A DNA stretch of 64,000 nucleotides from Macrostomum lignano (lineage: Eukaryota). The stretch lies in NCBI GenBank assembly GCA_002269645.1, contig NIVC01002217.1:11765-75764 (forward strand), read 5' to 3'. This document shows positions 21,001 through 33,000 of the stretch, piece after piece. The position numbers were made by a program, and so were the translations under genes. The notes beneath the pieces are model-generated. The model was not told the DNA's origin, did not search any database, and saw only the letters and a program-made list of their open reading frames with translations. Positions within the stretch are counted from its first letter, which is position 1. Each line of letters starts with the position of its first letter.

Positions 21001-24000
21001 TATCTAATGTGTTTGTCAATGTGTTTATTGTGTTTGTCAATGTATCTAATGTGTTTGTCGATGTATCTAATGTGTTTAATGTGTTTGTCGATGCATCGAA
21101 TGCGTTTGTCAATGTGTTGAATGTGTTCATCGATCTGCCACATTTCTTTGTAGATCTTCCTAATGTATGTATAATCTACCTAATAGGCTCGTCTATCTGT
21201 CTGATGTCCTCGATTTTCTTAATGTATCTGGTGATCCAATGCAAATGCTGGCAATGTTTCCGTCTACATGATGATCTTATAGCGAATAATACTTCGACGA
21301 AAAATTGAATTTGTTCATCCGCCTGCTCTTTATTTAATTATCCAACTAATCCTTAATGGCATTATATTTGTATAAGTCTAGGGCGGATTATCCTAAACCG
21401 CCCTTCGGCCACTCCGATAAACGCACTTGTTCATTTTGGCAGCGGTCAGAAAAAAGGTTCCAAGCAGCGGAAATCGCACAGCCCCGTCCAGCCTCAATCT
21501 GTGTCGGCTGTATGAAGCGGAGGCTGGGCGCATTTTTCGCGCGCCTAAAAAACACACAAGTCTGAGATCCCGGCCTAGAGATAAGAAGTCCAGCGCCCGC
21601 CGCAGAAGCCACTCAATCAACCGGCTGATTCCACAACTGCTAGCTGATAACCGCTGCTGACCCCCCCATGCCCCGCTGCTAGCCTGCAGATCAACTTTGG
21701 CTCGCTTTTCGGCTTCGGGTCACCCACTTCGGAGTCCCGCCTTGCTGCACACTTTCTCTGCGCTGCCCAGCCTTCAGTGCTGGCTGCTGAGCTTCTGCCA
21801 GCTTGGCACTTCGCCCGCTGTTGCTCGGGCTCCGTCTCTCTCTTCTCCCTCTCCCCCCTCACTTCCCTTCTCACTCTCCATTCTCACTCTCCTCTCTTAC
21901 CCCCTCTCACTCCTCACTCACCCTCTCTCACCCTCCTCTCTCACCCCCTCTCACTCTCCTCTCTCACCCTCTCTCCCTATCATCATTCACTTCTCTCACT
22001 CCCCTCCTCTCCCTCTCACTCATCCTCTCACTCCCCTCTCACTCATCCTCTCACTCATCCTCTCACTCCCCTCTCACTCATCCTCTCACTCTCCCCTCAC
22101 TCATCCTCTCACTCTCCCCTCACTCATCCTCTCACTCTCCCCTCACTCATCCTCTCACTCCCCTCTCACTCATACTCTCACTCCCCTCTCACTCATCCTC
22201 TCACTCCCCTCTCACTCATCCTCTCACTCCCCTCTCACTCATACTCTCACTCCCCTCTCACTCATCCTCTCACTCCCCTCTCACTCATCCTCTCACTCCC
22301 CTCTCACTCATACTCTTACTCCCCTCTCACTCATACTCTTACTTCCCTCTCACTCATCCTCTCACTCCCCTCTCACTCATCCTCTCACTCCCCTCTCACT
22401 CATCCTCTCACTCCCCTCTCACTCATCCTCTCACTCCCCTCTCACTCATTCTCTTACTCCCCTCTCACTCATACTCTTACTCCCCTCTCACTCATACTCT
22501 CACTCCCCTCTCACTCATACTCTTACTCCCCTCTCACTCATACTCTTACTCCCCTCTCACTCATACTCTCACTCCCCTCTCACTCATCCTCTCACTCCCC
22601 TCTCACTCATCCTCTCACTCCTCTCTCACTCATCCTCTCACTCCCCTCTCACTCATTCTCTTACTCCCCTCTCACTCATACTCTTACTCCCCTCTCACTC
22701 ATACTCTCACTCCCCTCTCACTCATACTCTTACTCCCCTCTCACTCATACTCTTACTCCCCTCTCACTCATACTCTCACTCCCCTCTCACTCATACTCTC
22801 ACTCCCCTCTCACTCATACTCTCACTCCCCTCTCACTCCTCCTTGAAGTTCGGCAGTGAAATGGGCCATATTGAACAAACTACAGATTAAACATATTCAT
22901 TTCCTGGCGTTATTGACAGAGGATGGAATGTTGGTTTTCCAACATTAAAATTTCTATCATTTCTAAACTTGATTTGTTCTATTCTGAGGTAGGAAAAAGA
23001 TTTTTTTCAAACAAATTTTTTTTTCGCATATTTTATTAAATTGACTGCGTTGCAAAAAGTTAGGGTCGCTACAGTGTTTTTCTTCAAAAAATGTTCCACA
23101 AACAAGTTTTTATTAAAAAAAAATTTTCTGAACACGCAAAATTGCAGGCTGAATTCGATTTGTGCAACTTTTTCAACTAGCTATGCAATTATTTTAGCTA
23201 AAAAGTACGCTGTGGATATCGTAAAAAATTGTTCATATTCTGCAAATTCGTTCGAAAAAGGCAGCAGAAAATTTAATTTGAAATCGTAATTAAAAGTTTT
23301 CTCTTTTCTATTTGTTCGTTTGAAATCTCACTCCCATCACTCAAATCTCACTCCAATTGCTCAATTCTCACTCCTATCGCTCAAATATCACTCCCATCAC
23401 TCAAACCTCACTCCCATCACTCAAATCTCACTCCCATCACTCAAATCTCACTCCCATCACTCAAATCTCACTCCCATCACTCAAATCTCACTCCCATCAC
23501 TCAAACCTCACTCCCATCACTCAAATCTCACTCCCATCACTCAAACCTCACTCCCATCACTCAAATCTCACTCCCATCACTCAAATCTCACTCCCATCAC
23601 TCAAATCTCACTCCCATCACTCAAATTTCACTCCTATTGCTCAAATATCACTCCCATCGCTCAAACCTCACTCCCATCACTCAAATCTCACTCCCATCAC
23701 TCAAATTTCACTCCTATCGCTCAAATATCACTCCCATCACTCAAACCTCACTCCCATCACTCAAATCTCACTCCCATCACTCAAATCTCACTCCTATCGC
23801 TCAAATCTCTCTCCCATCACTCAAATTTCACTCCTATTGCTCAAATCTCACTCCCATCACTCAAATCTCACTCCCATCACTCAAATCTCACTCCAATTGC
23901 TCAATTCTCACTCCTATCGCTCAAATATCACTCCCATCACTCAAACCTCACTCCCATCACTCAAATCTCACTCCCATCACTCAAATCTCACTCCCATCAC

Positions 24001-27000
24001 TCAAATCTCACTCCCATCACTCAAATTTCACTCCTATCGCTCAAATATCACTCCCATCACTCAAATTTCACTCCTATTGCTCAAATATCACTCCCATCAC
24101 TCAAATCTCACTCCTATCGCTCAAACCTCACTCCCATACTCAAATCTCACTCCTATCGCTCAAACCTCACTCCTATCGCTCAAATATCACTCCCATCACT
24201 CAAATTTCACTCCTATCGCTCAAATATCACTCCCATCACTCAAATCTCACTCCTATCGCTCAAACCTCACTCCCATACTCAAATCTCACTCCTATCGCTC
24301 AAACCTCACTCCTATCGCTTAAATATCACTTCCTTCACTCAAATCTCACTCCCATTACTCAAATCTCACTCCAATTGCTCAATTCTCACTCCTATCGTTC
24401 AAATATCACTTCCTTCACTCAAATTTCACTCCCATTACTCAAATCTCACTCCAATTGCTCAAATCTCACTCCCATTACTCAAATCTCACTCCAATTGCTC
24501 AAATCTCACTCCTCTCACTGTTTTCTTATATCTCATATATTCCTAGATCTGTTCCCCTATATATTTGCCCTGCATCTGGCCTATCCCTCGCTATCCCTGT
24601 TCCAGACAAAAGTGCGTTGAATACTTGTAACTTTGCACTTCTACAGCTCCTTCAAATGCTAGACTGCATGCAAAGCCGGTATTGAAGGTTGAGAGATTTG
24701 GGCGCCCGTAGCAGCGGCCCCCCGTCAAGCGTCATTCGCTGACAGCCGACAGGCGGCCGCTGATTGAACCGTAGCCCTTTGTCTTCCCCCAGCTGTTGCC
24801 GCGTAGGCGGAATGGACGGCGGTTTCTATTGAAGTGCCATTGAAGTTTTGACAATTCGACATGCGCCTTCGCCCATCAGCTATGGGTCTATCAAGCTCTT
24901 TCCCTTGAAAGTTGAATACCCTAATCATTTCGGCGTCGGTAATGAAAACAAGGTTGACACTTTCTTAGAAAAGAAAGGAAGCAGACTAATGAGAAGGGAA
25001 TTAACTTTTGATAATAAAGTTCTAGTACTGTAGATTTGTGATTCGTGTACTGGTTAATTTTTGGTTCCTGTACTGATTAATGTATGGTTCCTGTACTGGT
25101 TGATTAAAGATTCCTGTACTGGTTGATTTATGCTTCCTATACTGGTTGCTTTATGGTTCCTGTACTGGTTGATTTATGCTTCCTATACTGGTTGATTTAT
25201 GGTTCTTGTACTGGTTGATTTATGATTCCTGTACTGGTTGATTAATGATTCCTGTACTGGTTGATTTATGATTCCTGTACTGGTTGATTTATGCTTCCTA
25301 TACTGGTTGCTTTATGGTTCATGTATACTGGTTGATTTACAGTTCCTGTACTGTAGTTTCCATCACATTTATGCTTTTGACTTAGGGTTATTGTAAGGCT
25401 ACTTAACCCCTTCCCTACTCCATATGTAGATAGGCTCGGTACATATCTCATTGAACGCGCCTACTCACCCGACACTTTGAGCAGCCTCTAGCGTAGGTTC
25501 CGTGCCTGAGGTATCTGGCCTGCTGATCCGTCACCACGGGGGAGCCCAGCTCCGAGTTAATTATTGCCTTCCGCATCGTCTTATTGGGCCACTGGGCGAT
25601 CCAGCTGCACACGGACAGCATCGGCTGGCCGTGCTCCAGTTTGCCTGGCAACGGGGGCGTCAGTAACAGTCCGAGTTTCATTCTGGGAAATACGCCCCAT
25701 CTCTCTAAGGTGGTCAGCTGTGAACACTCTCATCTCATTGCCTCACTCTCATCTCATTGCCTCACTCTCATCTCAGTGCCTCACTCTCATCTCATTGCCT
25801 CACTTTCATCTCATTGCCTCACTCTCATATCATTCCTCTCACTTTCATCTCATTGTCTCTCACTCTCATCTCATTGCCTCGCTCTCATCTCATTGCCTCG
25901 CTTTCATCTCATTGCCTCGCTCTCATCTCATTCCTCTCACTCTCATCTCATTGCCTCACTCTCATCTCATTGTCTCTCACTCTCATCTCATTGCCTCACT
26001 CTCATCTCATTGCCTCACTCTCATCTCATTGTCTCTCACTCTCATCTCATTGCCTAACCCATCCGCCCCACCCGCTCACCGGTCACCAGGTACAGTTTTT
26101 TCAAATGCACTTCGCGCGAGATTATGCTGTTGGCTTCGCCGTGGTACCTGACCACGATGCCGTGGCCGCAGTTGTCTCTCTCTCCGTAAATCCACAGGTG
26201 CATCCGACGGTTGGGGATGAGGTTTGGAATCTGCGTTCGGAATCCGTTGATTTTGCGGGCGGGATTGATGAGTTGACAGTTGATCTGTTACTCCCCAACA
26301 GAGCACTTATTATCCAGCAAAGCACTCACCTTGGCCGAGTTGCGAAATACCGCTTTCACGCTGACCCAGTAGCGCTTGAGGTGCATGGTTGAGCTCAAAT
26401 ATTCACCGGTCATTCGTAGGAACCGAACTTTCAAAGCTGTCAATGCAGTTATGGGGGTAATGCGGCAGTTATTGCAAGGTTATACAATAAGATTATCGAT
26501 GCATGCCCATGCGCACGTCAGAAAATGTACATGTGGACAAGTACAGCTGGGCAAGTCGCTGTCCGATTCTCACCGAAGTCGCTGGCGCAGAAGGCCACCT
26601 GCGGGTGCAGCGGGTGATGCGGCCGGCAGGGGCAGGGCTTGGTGCCGAACCCATTGGGTATGACGGCTGCCACTGGCGGCGGCCCGCCGGCGGCCAGGGC
26701 CCAGCCGCCCACTAGCAGGAGGCTGGCGAGGCTGAACAACCGGGCGGCGGCTGTCGGCGACGAGTTTGCCGGCGTCTGCGTCGGCGGCAGCGGCGGCGAG
26801 CGCAGGCGGGAGGGCTCAAGTGTCGGGCTGCTGCTGCTTGAACGGGCCATGCCGCAGGGCAAGCAGCATCGCCGATTCAGGACTGGCTGGCGGCTGGGGG
26901 ATTCGAGCTGGGACCTTGGGCGCGCTGACGCAGAGAAGGGAGCGCAGGCTTGGAGCGGCAGAATTGCGCCAAAAGTTCAACAATAAACGGCAAAAGCAGA

Positions 27001-30000
27001 AGAGGGGACCAGAGAGCGGTGCTTGGGCGAGTCGTCAAAGTCTGCTTTTTCAATAGCCAAGTGCCGATCATAGCTGGGGGGAGTTGAGGTGGCGTCTCCC
27101 CCCTCTTAATCCTTTATCCTATCCGGGCGGGCCGCTCCGTCCCCTCCCTGCCACTTGCTATCCCCGGGAGCCGGGAAGACGGGAAGAAAGAGATTAGGAA
27201 GGAAGGAGAGAGACATGGGCTTAGAGACGCTAGAAGACCGGGAGACTCAGTAAGGCCGGCGATTGGGCCCTGCTGTTCCGGTCGGGGATGGAGGGGGCTC
27301 TGCGTGCGGGTACACTGGAGTGCGCGAGAGCTCGACAACGGGGACAGGCGGGGACTCGAGGGTTCAGGCAGGATTGCAATCGCCGCTCATTAATCTGGCT
27401 ATGAAGCTCTCTGCCGCTAAATTGCTTTCCTAGCCGTGTTCTGTCTCTCTCTACTAGTATCTACTCGAGCAGAACCCTCCAGATGAAGCTGAGCCATAAG
27501 GTCTATGTGCCGCAGGGCGTACTTGATGAGCCCCTCCCCCGGTAAGGGTGAAACCTGTCTTAATCCCAACGTTGGTTCAAGTCGTCGCGATTCTGCCGAA
27601 ATTTCCTTATAGTGTTTAAAGATTATGCCCCCCCCCCCTGTCAAACAAAAACCAAGTTGTGAGCCCGAAGTCAGGACTCTGGGGAATCGCTATTGGGACA
27701 GTGATGGCCAGGGGTAGAGCATCTGATCTTCTTCAATTGTCGGGAGATTTAATTTTATTGGCCAATAAATACTGACTTGGCAGCAACCTCCCCTATGTCA
27801 GGGATGCTAAACTGTGTCAGGAATGCTAAACTGTGCCAGGGATGCTAAACTGGGCCAGGGTTGCTAAACTGTGTCAGGGATGCTAAACTGTGTCAGGGAT
27901 GCTAAACTGTGTCAGGGATGATAAACTGTGCCAGGGATGCTAAACTGTGTCAGGGATGCTAAACTGTGTCAGGAATGCTAAACTGTGCCAGGGATGCTAA
28001 ACTGTGCCAGGGTTGCTAAACTGTGCCAGGGTTGCTAAACTGTGTCAGGGATGCTAAACTGTGCCAGGGTTGCTAAACTGTGCCAGGGTTGCTAAACTGT
28101 GTCAGGGATGCTAAACTGTGTCAGGGATGCTAAACTGTGTCAGGGATGATAAACTGTGCCAGGGATGCTAAACTGTGTCAGGGATGCTAAACTGTGTCAG
28201 GAATGCTAAACTGTGCCAGGGATGCTAAACTGTGCCAGGGTTGCTAAACTGTGTCAGGGATGCTAAACTGTGTCAGGGATGCTAAACTGTGTCAGGAATG
28301 CTAAACTGTGTCAGGGATGCTAAACTGTGCCAGGGTTGCTAAACTGTGTCAGGGATGCTAAACTGTGTCAGGGTTGCTGTCAGGGATGCTAAACTGTGTC
28401 AGGGTTGCTGTCAGGGATGCTAAACTGTGTCAGGGTTGCTGTCAGGGATGCTAAACTGTGTCAGGGTTGCTGTCAGGGATGCTAAACTGTGTCAGGGTTG
28501 CTGTCAGGGATGCTAAACTGTGTCAGGGTTGCTGTCAGGGATGCTAAACTGTGTCAGGGTTGCTGTCAGGGATGCTAAACTGTGTCAGGGATGCTAAACT
28601 GTGTCAGGGTTGCTGTCAGGGATGCTAAACTGTGTCAGGGATGCTAAACCGTCCCTATCCTCGATCTACTCTCAGCCCAGCCCATATGCCCAGCAGAAGC
28701 CGCGGTGCATGAAAAACAAATGCCGACTTTTCTGGGCCCCGACGTCGGCTGGCGGACTGCTCAGATATGAATAATAAATGCGGGCTGAGCTCAGGGCCGC
28801 TCGCGTCAGCTTTAATGCGTGAATAATACAACATTATGCTCGCATGCGCGAATACGCAATGCCAAGAAGACCTAAAAGCGGAACCTGGAGTGGCAGCTCT
28901 TCCTGAAAAATAGGATTAGGCTAGGGCTCAGCTCAGTGGTGAACGCAGCTGAATCTCGAGCCGCGACCTCTGATTCGGTAGACTGTACATGCCTATCGAT
29001 TAGAAAGTCATGAGTCGAGCATGTGCTCAGCAGTCAAGCGGAATGGGCAGAATCGCCTCAGTCGAGCATGTGCTCAGGAGTCAAGCAGAATGGGCAGATG
29101 CCGCAGAATCGCCTCAGTCGAGCATGTGCTCAGGAGTCAAGCAGAATGGGCAGATGCCGCAGAATCGCCTCAGTCGAGCATGTGCTCAGGAGTCAAGCAG
29201 AATGGGCAGATGCCGCAGAATCGCCTCAGTCGAGCATGTGCTCAGGAGTCAAGCAGAATGGGCAGATGCCGCAGAATCGCCTCAGTCGAGCATGTGCTCA
29301 GGAGTCAAGCAGAATGGGCAGATGCCGCAGAATCGCCTCAGTCGAGCATGTGCTCAGGAGTCAAGCAGAATGGGCAGATGCCGCAGAATCGCCTCAGTCG
29401 AGCATGTGCTCAGGAGTCAAGCGGAATGTGCAGAATCGCCTCAGTCGAGCATGTGCTCAGGAGTCAAGCGGAATGGGCAGAATCGCCTCAGTCGAGCATG
29501 TGCTCAGGAGTCAAGCGGAATGTGCAGAATCGCCTCAGTCGAGCATGTGCTCAGGAGTCAAGCGGAATGGGCAGAATCGCCTCAGTCGAGCATGTGCTCA
29601 GGAGTCAAGCGGAATGTGCAGAATCGCCTCAGTCGAGCATGTGCTCAGGAGTCAAGCGGAATGGGCAGAATCGCCTCAGTCGAGCATGTGCTCAGGAGTC
29701 AAGCGGAATGTGCAGAATCGCCTCAGTCGAGCATGTGCTCAGGAGTCAAGCGGAATGTGCAGAATTGCCTCAGTGCTGCTTGTGGGATGATGTTGATGAA
29801 AGCGTTGCTTGCGGCTATAAATTTTGTACAGCTCGTGGACTTTTTCTCAGAATTCCAAAGATCTTCAACTGAGAAGTGGAGAATTTATTGTAATTAAAAA
29901 AACAGCTCAATCTTACAAAATTTGCGCTTCGCGGAACAGCCGGCCATGCCAAGTGGTCGCCTTGGCGCTACTGCTGTCTGAAAACACACTGAGCGAGACA

Positions 30001-33000
30001 ACCCCTTGACAGATGGCGCAGAAAACACAGTCTGGTCTGGGCGGTGCCTTTCAATGATCCCGACTTCTGTTTCTCAATAAGTCGGTGCGTGGCGGGGAGG
30101 GGATTATGAATAATTGCTGAGTATTGAGATTGTGAGAATGGAATTATTGCCTAGTTGGGGGGGGGCATTTCGCTGACTGCGGTGTTGGCGTCTGGCGGCG
30201 CGATCTGAGCTGAGCACAGACCAAGAAGTAAGACATGGGGAGTAAAAATCTTGTGCCTCCTTCCCAGCCAACCCCTCATCCGCGGTCGATAGTGGGTGAA
30301 GAATTCCCTTCCTAAGCCACTCCCACTCGTCTGCTTTTCGGTTCCTACTAGGCAGATTGACAAAAAAAATAAAAATGTGGTAATTAATTGTAGCTTTTTA
30401 GACTGTCTTTAGGTATCTTTTATTCTAGAGATTAATTCTAATCACTTATTTTAAAGCTTGCCGGTATAAAAACTTGCGGAAATAAAAGACTGAGTTAAAC
30501 TTACAAGGTAACCACTGAAGTAGGCTAAACTACAGGTTAGAAAATATCGCCGTTCGTAGAAGCTTTTGCCTCTTCCATGATTTTATTCTTTAAGCATGCT
30601 TCGCATTTTAATGCATTCACACAATATTGAATGGAATCAAGACTTAAACCCAAACTGTTCTGCTTCTGGGCGCTTATCTACTTCTGGGCGCTTATCTGCT
30701 TCTGGGCGCTTATCTGCTTCTGGGCGCTTATCTGCTTCTGGGCGCTTATCTGCTTCTGGGCGCTTATCTGCTTCTGGGCGCTTATCTGCTTCTGGGCGCT
30801 TATCTACTTCTGGGCGCTTATCTGCTTCTGGGCGCTTATCTGCTTCTGGGCGCTTATCTACTTCTGGGCGCTTATCTACTTCTGGGCGCTTATCTGCTTC
30901 TGGGCGCTTATCTACTTCTGGGCGCTTATCTGCTTCTGGGCGCTTATCTGCTTCTGGGCGCTTATCTGCTTCTGGGCGCTTATCTGCTTCTGGGCGCTTA
31001 TCTGCTTCTGGGCGCGTATCTGCTTCTGGGCGCTTATCTGCTTCCATTGAGGCTTTCCTGCCTCTGTTGATGGTGACGCAGACAGACAAAATACTCGTAG
31101 TTCGTACTGACAACTGAATAATGGTAATCCTGTTGCTTAACATTGGGACTAGTCGACTGGAGAAATTCCACCTCCAGTGTACACTGATAACAGTCTTGAG
31201 GCTGAGTGAAACAGCCCCAGAGTTGGATTGTGATTCCAGCCGTTTCGAAGTCTGACTGCATTAAAAATAACCAAAGAAAATCCTGAGACAACTTGAAAGT
31301 GCAAAGAAAGAACAATCACAACTTGAAAACAATAAGCTCGTACTTGGCGAGTGCCACTGTTGGGAGAAACCAGAAAGACCAGTAAAATGCTCTGTACCCG
31401 CTACCCTGTTCCCCTTCACCTTCACCCACTATCGATGTTTTTGGCAGGACGGAGGGACCATTTTTTCCGCAGCTTTTTGTCAAAAAACACGCCAAGGCAG
31501 GGAATGGGGCTTGCGAAGTCGAGATACTTCTTGGTCTGTGAAACTGAGTAATAAAAAATTGCTTCCAAATTCTTTCCGATCGACGCAAATCTGAGGACTC
31601 GAATTGTGCACTATTTATGGTTTTTATGATATTAATCTACTTGTATGCATAGCATTTGTGCTTAAGCATATTATGTCAGGGTTGCTAAACTGTGTCAGGA
31701 ATGCTAAACTGTGTCAGGGATGCTAAACTGTGTCAGGAATGCTAAACTGTGTCAGGGATGCTAAACTGTGTCAGGGATGCTAAACTGTGTCAGGGATGCT
31801 AAACTGTGTCAGGGATGCTAAACTGTGTCAGGAATGCTAAACTGTGTCAGGGATGCTAAACTGTGTCAGGGATGCTAAACTGTGTCAGGGATGCTAAACT
31901 GTGTCAGGGATGCTAAACTGTGTCAGGAATGCTAAACTGTGTCAGGGTTGCTTAACTGTGTCAGGGATGCTAAACTGTGTCAGGGATGCTAAACTGTGTC
32001 AGGGATGCTAAACTGTGTCAGGGATGCTAAACTGTGTCAGGGATGCTAAACTGTGTCAGGGATGCTAAACTGTGTCAGGGATGCTAAACTGTGTCAGGGA
32101 TGCTAAACTGTGTCAGGGATGCTAAACTGTGTCAGGGATGCTAAACTGTGTCAGGGATGCTAAACTGTGTCAGGGTTGCTAAACTGTGTCAGGGATGCTA
32201 AACTGTGTCAGGGATGCTAAACTGTGTCAGGGATGCTAAACTGTGTCAGGGATGCTAAACTGTGTCAGGGATGCTAAACTGTGTCAGGGATGCTAAACTG
32301 TGTCAGGGATGCTAAACTGTGTCAGGGATGCTAAACTGTGTCAGGGATGCTAAACTGTGTCAGGGATGCTAAACTGTGTCAGGGATGCTAAACTGTGTCA
32401 GGGATGCTAAACTGTGTCAGGGATGCTAAACTGTGTCAGGGTTGCTAAACTGTGTCAGGGATGCTAAACTGTGTCAGGGATGCTAAACTGTGTCAGGGAT
32501 GCTAAACTGTGTCAGGGATGCTAAACTGTGTCAGGGATGCTAAACTGTGTCAGGGTTGCTAAACTGTGTCAGGGATGCTAAACTGTGTCAGGGATGCTAA
32601 ACTGTGTCAGGGATGCTAAACTGTGTCAGGGATGCTAAACTGTGTCAGGGATGCTAAACTGTGTCAGGGATGCTAAACTGTGTCAGGGATGCTAAACTGT
32701 GTCAGGGATGCTAAACTGTGTCAGGGATGCTAAACTGTGTCAGGGATGCTAAACTGTGTCAGGGTTGCTAAACTGTGTCAGGGATGCTAAACTGTGTCAG
32801 GGATGCTAAACTGTGTCAGGAGAGATAAGAACTGTGTTAAGAGAGATAAACTATCTCAGAGGTTGCTAAACTGTATCAGACACATGCACTAGACTGTGTC
32901 AGGGACTGCTAAGTATCAGGCTCCAGGCATTGTCAGGGGTCTCAGTACTGTGTCAGCTACGGTAAGAAATAAGTTAGATAGTCTCTAAGATGCCGAAAAT

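Noticed and set aside
24680-24930. Possible additional TIMP exon in the GC-rich patch within intron 4
   Set aside because: Exon 4 (ends KCR, phase 0) joins exon 5 directly with the expected Cys pattern, and the patch has no TIMP-like translation.
30637-31143. (EADKRP)n ORF resembling a neuropeptide precursor with repeated KR cleavage sites
   Set aside because: An 18-bp unit is open in three frames by construction. There is no convincing signal peptide and no amidation Gly, and the products would be only 4 aa.
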